Positions 1-9,496 of a DNA stretch of 32,000 nucleotides are shown here, in pieces. The translations under genes were made by a program, and so were the position numbers. A model generated the notes under the pieces. That model had not been told where the DNA came from, did no database searches, and worked only from the letters and a program-made list of their open reading frames with translations. This stretch comes from Aquifex aeolicus VF5 (lineage in GTDB: Bacteria; Aquificota; Aquificia; Aquificales; Aquificaceae). Every line of letters starts with the position of its first letter. The first letter of the stretch is position 1. The stretch covers positions 990,001-1,022,000 of the forward strand of contig NC_000918.1 of the NCBI RefSeq assembly GCF_000008625.1, written 5' to 3'.

Positions 1-717
1 GAAATAGGAAAGGAAGTGCTCGGCGTGGTTTTAATCGCTTGGGGAGCTATATTTCTTTCCATTTTATTTGCCTTTCTCTTCGGAAAATTCTTAAAACTTG
101 AAGAAAAAACTCTGAGGGCTTTTTTACTTGTTTCTTCGTTCGGAAATACAGCCTTTATGGGATATCCCTTTTTGTACGCTCTGGAAGGGAATGAAGGTTT
201 GAAGTACGCCATTTTATACGACCAATTAGGTTCATTCTTAATGGTAATTACCTTAGGACTGTTTTTAGCGATAGGCAAATTTGATCTCAAGGAATTAATT
301 CTTTTTCCGCCTTTTATAGCTTTAGTATTGTCTTTTTTACTTCACGGGGTTCGTTTTCCGCAGTTTTTTGAGCATTCCGTGGAAATAATTTCCGGTTCGC
401 TTATCCCGGTTATACTCTTTTCTCTGGGACTTCGTTTAAATTTCACAGATATGAAGTCGGATTACAGAACACTTTTTTCCGCACTCTTTATAAAAATGTT
501 CTTAGTTCCTCTGTTAATTTTAGTTTTTTTAAAAATTTTTGGACTCACTTCCTTGCCATATAGAGTGGCTTTAATCGAAAGTGCTATGCCCCCGATGGTA
601 TTTGCTGGCGTACTCGCTTTAAAATACGAACTGGACTTCAGACTTGCTTTTTCCGCAATAACACTGGGTATTGTCATCAGTTTATTTACAGTTCCTGTGT
701 TTAGGATCTTACTCTAA
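1..717 (+). CDS. AEC (auxin efflux carrier) family permease, 5' end truncated by the window edge
   Basis: Frame stays open from base 1 to the stop at 717. Multiple hydrophobic helices; C-terminal 'RVALIESAMPPMVFAGVLALKYELD' is typical of AEC permeases. Confidence 0.8.
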   Translation, partial: EIGKEVLGVVLIAWGAIFLSILFAFLFGKFLKLEEKTLRAFLLVSSFGNTAFMGYPFLYALEGNEGLKYAILYDQLGSFLMVITLGLFLAIGKFDLKELILFPPFIALVLSFLLHGVRFPQFFEHSVEIISGSLIPVILFSLGLRLNFTDMKSDYRTLFSALFIKMFLVPLLILVFLKIFGLTSLPYRVALIESAMPPMVFAGVLALKYELDFRLAFSAITLGIVISLFTVPVFRILL

Positions 718-2458
718 TCTTTCTTTGCATTCTGTACATTTCTATAATTTCCTGTTCGGTGGTTGCGTCTTCCGGTCTTTTGTCGAACCTGTACCTTCCG
801 GTAAACCTCGGAAATCTCAGCCCAATTCCCCTGTTCGGAGAGACTTTTCCCCACCCGCACGTGTGAACAGGACTCAAAGTAAGTTCAGCTCCCGTTATTT
901 CAAGAACCAGATAGGGTTCAAACCACATGTCCGCTTCGAGAATTGAATTTACCCTCGGGTGTCTGTGGTTCAGTTTCCTCGGCATGAGTATCTCTTCAAG
1001 TTTCTTGAAGTCGTCTTCGGTAAATCCCGTTCCCACTTTAGTCACTGTTTTAAACATGTCACTTTCAGGGTCGTAGCACGCCATCAAGAGAGAACCGAAC
1101 GTTCCCTTCCTCTGTCCTTTTCCGTAAAAACCGCCCACGACCACAAGGTCAAGCGTGTCCGCAAGTACCGACTTGTAGTCTCTCTTGTACTTAATCCAGA
1201 GAAAGCCTCTCTTTCCCGCCTGGTATATGGAGTTGGGAGCAAGCGACTTACAAACTAGCCCCTCACATCCCTCTTCTATTGCCTGATAAAAGAAGTTTTC
1301 AAGATCCTCCACGTTGTCCACTATCTTTCTAGGAACGAGGCCTATACGGTCCGTCCTCTTTACGACTTTTTCTAAGATTTCCCTCCTCTCGGGGTAGGGC
1401 TTCAGGGTTAGGTCCTCACCGTCAAGGTATATGATGTCAAAGAGAAAGCCTGCAACGGGGTATTTCGTGATGTGGTACTTCGTTACGTACTTTACTTTTC
1501 TATGCATAAGTTCCTGAAAGGGTCTTATCTCACCACTTGCGGGGTCTATAACAACCGCTTCCAGTTCAACTATAAAGTCGTGGGGTATTGCTTCTTTTAA
1601 AAACTCTATAAGATCCGGGTACTGGTGAGTTATATTCTCAAGTCTCCTTGAAAAGAGATAAAACTCATCTCCCTTTCTGTGGGCTTGAATTCTCTCCCCG
1701 TCGTACTTGTACTCCGCTCCGCACTTTCCCCCGAGCTTTCTGAGGATGAGTATGGGACTGCTCATACGTTCTGCGAGCATGGGTCTTACGGGTCTTCCCA
1801 CCTGTATCTTTACCTGTTTTACCCCTTCCAGTCCTTTCTCCGCGAGGATTTTTGCCACGTAGCCGAGATCAGAAGTCAAGTTGTAGGCCCTCTCCACCAC
1901 TTCCCTGTTTACAGAACTTCCCGTAAAGGCTATGGAAAGAGCCTCCAGTATGGTGTTGTCCCCTATTCCGAGTCTCAGCCTTTCCGTTATCGTTCTCAAA
2001 AGGTACTTAGCTTCAAGAGGGGTTGCCTTTTTCAAAAGAGATGCGAATATGCTTATCTTTCTCTCCTGCGAGCCTATGCCTACGGCTTTTGCTATGTTTA
2101 AGAGTCCGTTGTAAACCTCTTCTACGGTTAGCGTCCCTTCGGGTTTAAAGCCAAGCTCTTCGTAAAGTTTCCTTCCAGCCTCTCCCAGATCTCCCTCTTG
2201 CCTAACTCTCTTTTCTATTTCCAGGGCGGGTATTTTGAGGACTCTGGAAAGAGCCCTTATGGCAAGCTTTTCACCGAAGTTGTAGTCAAGTCCCGTGTAC
2301 TCGGGAGCTATCTTACCTATTGATAGGTAAACGACTTTGTCTATTAATTCTTTAGGAGTTTGTTTGAAGAGCTCCACGAGGGAGCTCACCATTTCGATCC
2401 TGCTCGTTGTCTTCTCTATCCTCTCGTAAAACTCAGCCAGTATTCTGTATTCCATCAC
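701..2458 (-). CDS. lig: ATP-dependent DNA ligase (archaeal type, 585 aa)
   Basis: Adenylation motif '[13 protein letters not shown]', plus '[30 protein letters not shown]' nucleotidyltransferase motifs and the N-terminal domain of archaeal ligases. Confidence 0.95.
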   Translation of the reverse strand: MMEYRILAEFYERIEKTTSRIEMVSSLVELFKQTPKELIDKVVYLSIGKIAPEYTGLDYNFGEKLAIRALSRVLKIPALEIEKRVRQEGDLGEAGRKLYEELGFKPEGTLTVEEVYNGLLNIAKAVGIGSQERKISIFASLLKKATPLEAKYLLRTITERLRLGIGDNTILEALSIAFTGSSVNREVVERAYNLTSDLGYVAKILAEKGLEGVKQVKIQVGRPVRPMLAERMSSPILILRKLGGKCGAEYKYDGERIQAHRKGDEFYLFSRRLENITHQYPDLIEFLKEAIPHDFIVELEAVVIDPASGEIRPFQELMHRKVKYVTKYHITKYPVAGFLFDIIYLDGEDLTLKPYPERREILEKVVKRTDRIGLVPRKIVDNVEDLENFFYQAIEEGCEGLVCKSLAPNSIYQAGKRGFLWIKYKRDYKSVLADTLDLVVVGGFYGKGQRKGTFGSLLMACYDPESDMFKTVTKVGTGFTEDDFKKLEEILMPRKLNHRHPRVNSILEADMWFEPYLVLEITGAELTLSPVHTCGWGKVSPNRGIGLRFPRFTGRYRFDKRPEDATTEQEIIEMYRMQRKIRVRS

Positions 2459-2955
2459 TTGCTTGCAAGTTTTTCCTTAGCGTAAGCCATGAGCCCGCCT
2501 GCTTTGAGTATGTCCTGAAGCTCTTTGGGGAACTTGGTCGCCTGATACTCCTTTCCAGTTCTCAGGTTCTTAATTACTCCCTTTTCGAGGTCAACTTCTA
2601 TCTCGTCTCCGTGTTCAATTTCGTCTACTGCTTCCGGAGCTTCCACTATAGGGAGACCTATGTTTATGGCATTTCTGAAGAAAATTCTTGCAAAGGACTT
2701 TGCTATTACCACGGGTACGCCGGAATACTTTATGGCGATGGGGGCGTGTTCCCTGGAAGAACCAGAACCGAAGTTTTTGCCCGCTACTATAATGTCTCCT
2801 TCTTTGTGCTCTTTGGCAAACTCGGGATGTTCGCTGTCTTCCATGACGTGCTTTGCGAGCTCATACGGATCTGATGTATTCAAGTACCTTGCGGGAATTA
2901 TTTGGTCCGTATCTACGTTGTCTCCGAACTTCCAAACCCTTCCTCTAAACTTCAT
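2455..2955 (-). CDS. leuD: 3-isopropylmalate dehydratase small subunit (166 aa; start trimmed from the 219-aa track ORF)
   Basis: '[22 protein letters not shown]' and '[21 protein letters not shown]' are LeuD/aconitase swivel-domain signatures. ATG at 2955 begins the conserved domain. Confidence 0.95.
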   Translation of the reverse strand: MKFRGRVWKFGDNVDTDQIIPARYLNTSDPYELAKHVMEDSEHPEFAKEHKEGDIIVAGKNFGSGSSREHAPIAIKYSGVPVVIAKSFARIFFRNAINIGLPIVEAPEAVDEIEHGDEIEVDLEKGVIKNLRTGKEYQATKFPKELQDILKAGGLMAYAKEKLASK

Positions 2956-3013
2956 TTGCATAATAATTAAATATACCTTACCTAAGCCTAGAATTTTTTT
3001 AATATTTAAAATT

Positions 3014-3538
3014 ATGATTATGAAATTTTTTAGTGAAAAGGCAGAAAAGAAGAAGGGAGGTGTAGAACCAGCTGTAGATGGTGTACTCTTAGAGCCTTCA
3101 AGGGAGAACTTCACCGTATCTTCTTTCCTCGAAGTAATAGCAGACGTAGGAGACGAGGAGGATTTGTACTTCTTTCAAAATAAGGCAGCTGAGAAGATGT
3201 CTTTAAAACTCGCAGAATACGTAAGGGAATTCAGCGGGAAGGAATCAGTCGGACTGTTTATTTCCTTCCTTAACTTCTTTCTGGAGAGAGAAAATCTCGG
3301 AAGTGTGAATTACGTAAAGGTTGACCTTTCGAACAAAAAGTTCGTCGTTGCGATTGAGAACTCTGCCATAGCTCTGGCTTTGAAAAAGAAGTACAAGAAG
3401 AAGGTTTGTAAATTCTACGAAACTCTACTTTCCGAGCTTTTTTCCGATTTGATCGGAGTGGACATAAAGTTTAAAGAGATACAGTGTCTTGCAGAGGAGG
3501 GGCAGCGTGAAAAGATTTGCATTTTTGAAAGTACTTAG
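3014..3538 (+). CDS. Small cytosolic protein, possible V4R/hydrocarbon-binding-like domain; first gene of the bcs-like unit (start 3014 or 3020)
   Basis: Homology-like part starts at [10 protein letters not shown]-terminal '[36 protein letters not shown]' resembles the V4R 'sellGr.v.v.Et.C...G...C.F' ending. Overlaps the start region of the next gene. Confidence 0.55.
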   Translation: MIMKFFSEKAEKKKGGVEPAVDGVLLEPSRENFTVSSFLEVIADVGDEEDLYFFQNKAAEKMSLKLAEYVREFSGKESVGLFISFLNFFLERENLGSVNYVKVDLSNKKFVVAIENSAIALALKKKYKKKVCKFYETLLSELFSDLIGVDIKFKEIQCLAEEGQREKICIFEST

Positions 3539-5600
3539 TCTCCTTCTTTTAATTGCCTTGTCCTTTTCCCAGACCACATCTGTAAAACTCTCGGAATTTC
3601 TCGGAAAGAATGTCCTCGATCTTAAGGGAATGGACGCAAGGGGTAAGCTCTCCTTTCCGGTGAACCCGCTCTGGAACGTTGAGAAGATAAAGTTCTACAT
3701 CTATTACAAAGCTTCGCCAGTTTTAAAGTCCGAACGTTCTGAGATCACTTTATTGCTAAACGGAAAAGTAATTACATCCAGACAGATTAAGGACGAGGGG
3801 TTAATAACCGTAGAAATAGAGAATCCTAAACTCTTTGATTTCAATACGCTGACTTTTAAAGCATCACAACACTACTGTATAAATTGCTGTGAAAACGAAA
3901 ACAGTCCTGAACTTTGGACGCAGATAGATCTAAAAAAATCGTATATACAGTTTCAGTACACCAAAAAACCTTTTCCCGAAAACTTAGCCTTTTTAAAGGA
4001 TATTTATCTATCCGAGAGACTGCTCAGTCCTGTGGAAATAGATATTCTGACGGATAAGGGAAGTAACAGACTCCTTACTGCAGGTGCGATATTTTCTGGG
4101 TACCTGGGTGCGAAGATAAAGTACAGAAGAATTTACGTAAATTACACGGAAAATCTCAGGGCAAAGGATACCGTTGTGATAGGTACGCAGGACTTTGTGA
4201 GCAGAGTGATCGGAGAGCGTGTATCGGGAAACATATACGTGACGCAAAACCCGAAGGATAAGAGTAAGTTCCTTTTAGTATTTACGGGAAGGGATGAAAA
4301 GGAAATCCTGAATGCAGTTAGAGCTTTTATACTCACTCCTTCTTCTTACCTCTCGGAGAAGTTCGTTTACGTTAGTGACGTAGTCCTGCCGGAGATAAAA
4401 GCGTACTCGAGTCCCGTTCTCTTGGCTCCGGGAGAGGAGATAACTTTAAGGAAGATAGCCGGAGGCGACGTAGTAGTCAGAGGTTACGCCGGAAGATTCG
4501 ATTTTTCCTTCTTCATTCCACCCGACTTAATGCTGAATCCGAAGGAAAAGTTGAGATTAAAACTCTTTTACAACCACGGATTGCTAGTAAGGGAGGGCTC
4601 AACAATAAACCTTTACATAAACGGAAAGTTCGTTTACTCCATTCCAGTTGATCCTTACGATAAGAGTGATTTAAAAGTAAGGGAAGTTTTAATTCCTACT
4701 AGTGTACTAAATAAAGGTTTTAACGTCCTCACCGTTGAGTCTGCACTCGTACCGAACAAAGAGGACTTCTGTGCAGCTGCGAATTTTGAAAGCCTTAAGG
4801 TTATAATCTACGGAAACTCCCTAATAAGTCTTCCCGACCTCGTCCACTGGACAAAAATGCCCAACCTCGTTTACTTCATCTCAACCGGTTTTCCCTTTAC
4901 GACTTACCCTGACATGAAGGACGCGGCCGTTTTAGTTGAATCCACAGATGGGGAAACACTTTCCTCAATGTTTACCCTTCTTGCCTTCATCGGAACTAAG
5001 ATACAATTTCCCCCTCTCAGACTCAGTGTGTACGTAGATAGACTACCAAATGACGTTGCACAGTCCAAGGATGTAATAGTTTTCTGGAACAGAAATTCCT
5101 TAATAAAGAAACAAATACTGAATTCTCTGGACAGTGTAGTCCTCGTAAAGGGAAAACTCTTTGAAGAAGATCAAAAGGAATTTTCCGTAAATCTCAGGAA
5201 GAGGGATTACGTCTTCACGATGGCTATGAGGGAGTCTCCCTTCAAGCCCAAAAGAACGATACTGGTTTTAAATTCTAAATCTCCCGGTACACTTCACAAG
5301 TTCGTAAAAATGCTTTACGACCCCGTAGTCCTATCTAAGATAAAGGGTGATACGGTATTTTACGACGAAAAAACAGACACAATCCTTTCCTCCTCTTCGG
5401 GACAGGTTTACTACATAGGGCACATGCCCGTATACAAGAAGGTATACTACGAAATAGGCTACAACCTTAAGTACCTGGTAGGACTGCTCTTAATATCACT
5501 CCTCGTACTCGCCTTTGCGACGAAGAAGCTCCTGGACTACAGGGCAAAGAAGAGACATCAGCAGGAAGAAAAGGAGGGTAAGGAGGAAGAGAAAAAGTGA
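3507..5600 (+). CDS. BcsB-like periplasmic cellulose synthase subunit (track ORF starts at TTG 3489; GTG 3507 with GAGGAGG Shine-Dalgarno preferred)
   Basis: Signal peptide '[17 protein letters not shown]', 'LDLKGMDARGKLSFPVNPLWNVEKIKFYIYYKASPVLKSERSEITLLLNGKVI' BcsB N-domain pattern, and a C-terminal TM anchor followed by a basic tail. Confidence 0.8.
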   Translation: MKRFAFLKVLSLLLLIALSFSQTTSVKLSEFLGKNVLDLKGMDARGKLSFPVNPLWNVEKIKFYIYYKASPVLKSERSEITLLLNGKVITSRQIKDEGLITVEIENPKLFDFNTLTFKASQHYCINCCENENSPELWTQIDLKKSYIQFQYTKKPFPENLAFLKDIYLSERLLSPVEIDILTDKGSNRLLTAGAIFSGYLGAKIKYRRIYVNYTENLRAKDTVVIGTQDFVSRVIGERVSGNIYVTQNPKDKSKFLLVFTGRDEKEILNAVRAFILTPSSYLSEKFVYVSDVVLPEIKAYSSPVLLAPGEEITLRKIAGGDVVVRGYAGRFDFSFFIPPDLMLNPKEKLRLKLFYNHGLLVREGSTINLYINGKFVYSIPVDPYDKSDLKVREVLIPTSVLNKGFNVLTVESALVPNKEDFCAAANFESLKVIIYGNSLISLPDLVHWTKMPNLVYFISTGFPFTTYPDMKDAAVLVESTDGETLSSMFTLLAFIGTKIQFPPLRLSVYVDRLPNDVAQSKDVIVFWNRNSLIKKQILNSLDSVVLVKGKLFEEDQKEFSVNLRKRDYVFTMAMRESPFKPKRTILVLNSKSPGTLHKFVKMLYDPVVLSKIKGDTVFYDEKTDTILSSSSGQVYYIGHMPVYKKVYYEIGYNLKYLVGLLLISLLVLAFATKKLLDYRAKKRHQQEEKEGKEEEKK

Positions 5601-6574
5601 AGTTCTTTACTGTTCTTTTGTTTTTCCTTTCATTCGTTTTTTCGGCGAGTATTGACGTGTGGAAATTGTGGGAACATTATAAAAAGACCTTTATAAGTAA
5701 AGAGGGGTACGTGGTAGATCCTTACAACAATTACAGGGTTACTTCGGAAGCTCAAGGCTATACACTTCTCATATCCGCCCTCATAGGGGATAAGGAAACC
5801 TTCTACAGGGTATGGAACTGGACAAAGGAAAATCTCAAAAGGAAGGATAATTTATTCTCCTGGCTCTGGATAAACGGACACGTAGTTGACAGAAACAACG
5901 CAACGGACGCCGACCTGTTCATAGCTTACGCTCTGCTAATCGCTTCTCAAAAGTGGAAGGATTATACGCTCCTGAGCGAGGCAAAGAGGATAAAGGATTC
6001 CGTCAAGGAACTCGTTGTGCCCGTGTGCAACGGAAGAAGGGATTACCTTTTTATACCCGCAAAGGAAGGTTACATTAAAAACAATATAGTGAGTTTAAAC
6101 GTAGTCTACTACGTCCCATTCATCTTCAGAAAGTTCTACGAATCTTTCGGAGAGGACGTGTGGAAAAACCTCTATAGGTACACCTACGACATTTATACGA
6201 TTAGGAATATATCAACGCACCTTACATACGACCTATTCAAAAAGGAATTGAGAAAGGGGAATTTTATAGACATAGACGGCATGCGTTTCCTGATATACGC
6301 TTACGTGGACGACAAAAGGAGTCTCCTTTACATGAGGAACGCAGTAGAGGGTATTCTGAAGTTTTACAGAGAAAAGGGTTACATTCCTTTGAAGTATAAT
6401 TACGTAACCGGTGGAGCAAGCAAGTTAAAAGCTCCCTTTTGTTTTTACTACGTATTCAGTAAGCTCCTTCCTTCCGATAAAAACTTAGAAAAGGAGTTCA
6501 GAAATGGGCTTGAGTACGACAAGAAGAATTACTACTGTTACGCTCTGCTTCTTATTGCTCTCCTACACGATTAG
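5597..6574 (+). CDS. Secreted glycoside hydrolase family 8 (BcsZ-like endoglucanase)
   Basis: Signal peptide; 'VTSEAQGYTLLISAL' matches the GH8 'SEGxGYGM' acid motif, and 'NNATDADLFIAYALLIASQKW' matches 'NSAsDaDLwiAyaLleA..W'. GTGA overlap with the upstream gene. Confidence 0.82.
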   Translation: MKFFTVLLFFLSFVFSASIDVWKLWEHYKKTFISKEGYVVDPYNNYRVTSEAQGYTLLISALIGDKETFYRVWNWTKENLKRKDNLFSWLWINGHVVDRNNATDADLFIAYALLIASQKWKDYTLLSEAKRIKDSVKELVVPVCNGRRDYLFIPAKEGYIKNNIVSLNVVYYVPFIFRKFYESFGEDVWKNLYRYTYDIYTIRNISTHLTYDLFKKELRKGNFIDIDGMRFLIYAYVDDKRSLLYMRNAVEGILKFYREKGYIPLKYNYVTGGASKLKAPFCFYYVFSKLLPSDKNLEKEFRNGLEYDKKNYYCYALLLIALLHD

Positions 6575-8516
6575 CTTCGCAGTGTACTACGTTAAAGTTC
6601 TGGAAACTACCGATAAAGCGAAGGCGGACGCAGTGCTCTACGAACTGGTAAACAGCGGTATAGACAACTGCAATGTAAAAAAAGCACAGAATTACGTGGT
6701 GTTTTGCGGTCCTTACTCCTCGCTCGATGAAGCGAGAACTGTATCTTCAAAAATCAACAAACTCGGTTACTTTACGGTTATAACGGAAAGAATTAAAAAG
6801 GAAACTAAAAAAAGTGTAAGAAAGACTGTTGAAAAAACTAAAACTACCGTAAAAAAAAGAGGACGGGTAAGGGAGGCCTTTTTAGGCCTAAAAGTTAAAG
6901 AGATGTACGACTACTTGAACGCAAACAAGTTAGTGGAAGCCCAGACACTCGCGTACAGCCTCCTGAATACGGAATTCAGAAACGAAGCTATATTTGTACT
7001 TGCACTTATAAACATGAAGAAAGGAAATCACGAAAAAGCCTGTGAACTTTTCTCAAAACTTCCCGATAAATTCAAACCCAATCTGGAAGAATTAAGGTCT
7101 ATATCCTGCCTGTACGCGGAGAAAATAAAAGAAAAACCAGAAGTAAAGAAGGAGGAAAAAACGGTTTACAGAGCTGATTTAACACAAGCCGGGAAATTGC
7201 TCGCACAGGGAAATCCAGAAGAGGCCATCGAACTTGCCAAAAAAGTTCTTCTCTCCGACCCAACAAACGTGGAAGCCATGCTCATTATAGGGGACGCCTA
7301 CATGGAACTGGGCGATTACTCTAACGCCTACTCCTATTACAAAATGGCACTGGGTTTTGACAAGGAAAACTTAAGAGCCATTAAAGGTTTGATGTACGCT
7401 TCACTGGCGTTAAAGAGATACGAGGAAGCCTACAATTACGCAAGGGAACTGGGGAGGTTGGGTGTTGAAAACGGAGACATAGAGAGGGTAAAAGCCCTGT
7501 ACCTTGCAAAGAAAGCGGAAGATTTTGTTAAGAGAAAGGAGTACGACAAAGCCTATATTTACCTGAAGGAGGCGGAGAAACTCGCTCCCGATGATCCTTA
7601 CGTGCTTTTACTCCTCGGGGATATTTACTTCGGCAGGGGAGATTACACACAGGCGTACAAGTACTACGTGGAGGCTTACAAAAGAAAAAGGGATTTTGAC
7701 TTTCTTTTGAAGATTCTTTACGCACTTGCTAACTTGAACAACTACGATCTTATAAACACTTACCTCTCCCAGATAGACGTGTCGGAACTGAATGAAGCTC
7801 AGAGGAGGAAGTTAAAGAACTTTTACAAGGTACTTTACGTAAAGGCATCATCTTACTACCTGAGTCAGAAGGACTACGAAAAGGCTTACAGGATAGCGAA
7901 AGAAGGATTGATTCTTTTTCCAAAGAATAGAACGCTGCTCAAAAATTTGGCATGGAGTTGCTTGAATTTAGAGGATTACAAGTGTGCTGAAGAGAACTTT
8001 AAGAAAGCGTTAAGTCTTTACGAGAATGATTACGACGCATTGTACGGTCTTGCTTTAACGTACGCGAGGGAAGGAAAGGAAGGCGAAGTAAACAAAATTG
8101 TGAAAAAGCTTGAAAAGAAGAGAGACAAGGAAACCTACATGAAGATAGCGGATATATACGTGATCCTGGGAGATTACGACAGGGCAGAGTACTACCTGAA
8201 TCAGGCTAAGAAATTGAGCAGGGCTAAGCCGGTAAAGATTAAGAGGGTCAAAATTCGCCCACGTGAAGAAAAATTAAGAGAGGAAAGAGTAGAAAGCACG
8301 ATCTTTTACAACCCGTTTATTAAAGGCTACGAAGGAGAAGAGAAGGAAACAGAAAAGGAAAAGGAGGAAAAACTTTACCCTTTTGAGCTTGAAGAGAAGA
8401 GGATTTCGGAGCTTGAAGAGAAGATAAAGGAGGCGAAGAAAAAGGAAAACACGGACTTTATAGAGTCGGGTATACAGTTCAGTCAAAATCGGGAAGAAAA
8501 GGTATGGACAAGTTAA
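6504..8516 (+). CDS. Exported SPOR-like + TPR-repeat protein, equivalent to the TPR part of BcsC
   Basis: Signal peptide encoded within the overlap; SPOR-like 'YYVKVLETTDKAKADAVLYELVNSG...YVVFCGPYSSLDEARTVSSKINKLGYFTV'; many TPRs such as 'PNRTLLKNLAWSCLNLEDYKCAEENFKKALSLYENDYDALYGLALTYAREG'. Confidence 0.82.
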   Translation: MGLSTTRRITTVTLCFLLLSYTISFAVYYVKVLETTDKAKADAVLYELVNSGIDNCNVKKAQNYVVFCGPYSSLDEARTVSSKINKLGYFTVITERIKKETKKSVRKTVEKTKTTVKKRGRVREAFLGLKVKEMYDYLNANKLVEAQTLAYSLLNTEFRNEAIFVLALINMKKGNHEKACELFSKLPDKFKPNLEELRSISCLYAEKIKEKPEVKKEEKTVYRADLTQAGKLLAQGNPEEAIELAKKVLLSDPTNVEAMLIIGDAYMELGDYSNAYSYYKMALGFDKENLRAIKGLMYASLALKRYEEAYNYARELGRLGVENGDIERVKALYLAKKAEDFVKRKEYDKAYIYLKEAEKLAPDDPYVLLLLGDIYFGRGDYTQAYKYYVEAYKRKRDFDFLLKILYALANLNNYDLINTYLSQIDVSELNEAQRRKLKNFYKVLYVKASSYYLSQKDYEKAYRIAKEGLILFPKNRTLLKNLAWSCLNLEDYKCAEENFKKALSLYENDYDALYGLALTYAREGKEGEVNKIVKKLEKKRDKETYMKIADIYVILGDYDRAEYYLNQAKKLSRAKPVKIKRVKIRPREEKLREERVESTIFYNPFIKGYEGEEKETEKEKEEKLYPFELEEKRISELEEKIKEAKKKENTDFIESGIQFSQNREEKVWTS

Positions 8517-9496
8517 TACACACGAGCGTTTACCTGAACGCAGAAAAGAAGTTAGCGAGGGGGTTTTATCTGTGGACGGAAAACGATTTAATATTTCTCG
8601 ATTCTGGCGGTAAACCTGACTACACGCACTTCGGTGGTATAAATCTTCCCGTTATAAGGGACACGGATACTTCTTTTATAGGAATTGAGCCTATGGTAGG
8701 TGTAAGAGTTGGAAGGAAGAGTTACCTTAAACTCGGGATAGGCTCCACGCCCTTCGGAAACTCAAAGGTTCGTCCCACGTTTAGGGGAATATTCGAGGCA
8801 AATTACAGGGAAGAGGACATACTCCTCAGACTTACACTGAAACGGGACAGTGTAAGGGATTCCCTACTTTCCTACGTCGGGGCAAAGGATCCCCACGCAG
8901 ACAGGGAATGGGGGCGCGTTGTGGAACAGGGAGGAGAGGTTAAGTTCCAGCTCGGTAGCGGATACAGAGAAAGCTTCCTTTCTTTGAAAGGCGGTTATTA
9001 CGACATAGAAGGTAAGAACGTGAACGACAATTCAAGGTACTTTCTGGAAATTTATCCTTCCCTTTACCTCGGTAATTTACTGATAGACGAAAACTACTTA
9101 GGTCTCTTCTTCAGGTACGAGAACTACGATAAGAACGAAAATCTGTTTTACTTTGGAAACGGAGGTTACTTCAGTCCGAAAAACTTTGTACTTTTAGGGC
9201 CAAAGTACACCGGTTACTTTTACACGGACAGGTTGATGTTCAGGCTGAATCTTCTTCTGGGATTCCTGAGGTTTGAAACGGACGGTGATACGACGAACAC
9301 TCTTGCTGCAGACATCTCGGGAGAGTTTGAGTATAAGCTGAAGGAGAAAATATCACTTATAGGTGGCTTGGGCTACAGAAATTCAAAGGATTACGACGAA
9401 GTTTCTTTAAACATGGGAGTAAAATACTACTTCAACGGTCTTGAAAGCCCATTCAGGTCTACGGTGGATAAAGTAGACGAGAGGTTGTTCAAATGA
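8504..9496 (+). CDS. BcsC C-terminal-type outer membrane beta-barrel, encoded as a separate ORF
   Basis: 'SVRDSLLSYVGAKDPHADREWGRVVEQGGEVKF', 'GKNVNDNSRYF' and 'FGNGGYFSPKNFVLLG' are hallmark BcsC_C segments. Aromatic-alternating strands. No signal peptide. Confidence 0.82.
   Translation: MDKLIHTSVYLNAEKKLARGFYLWTENDLIFLDSGGKPDYTHFGGINLPVIRDTDTSFIGIEPMVGVRVGRKSYLKLGIGSTPFGNSKVRPTFRGIFEANYREEDILLRLTLKRDSVRDSLLSYVGAKDPHADREWGRVVEQGGEVKFQLGSGYRESFLSLKGGYYDIEGKNVNDNSRYFLEIYPSLYLGNLLIDENYLGLFFRYENYDKNENLFYFGNGGYFSPKNFVLLGPKYTGYFYTDRLMFRLNLLLGFLRFETDGDTTNTLAADISGEFEYKLKEKISLIGGLGYRNSKDYDEVSLNMGVKYYFNGLESPFRSTVDKVDERLFK

Noticed and set aside
2956-3114. N-terminal extension of the 219-aa ORF containing leuD
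   Set aside because: The extra 53 residues ([20 protein letters not shown]...) are AT-rich spacer plus antisense of the 3014 gene. The LeuD domain starts at ATG 2955.
8494-8501. Considered a canonical A_AAA_AAG slippery heptamer for the bcsC junction
   Set aside because: The sequence is AAGAAAAGG with zero-frame codons GAA AAG. Only the A-site tRNA could re-pair cleanly after a -1 slip, so this is not a classic heptamer. Frameshifting stays possible but unproven, and a mutation or sequence error is equally consistent.
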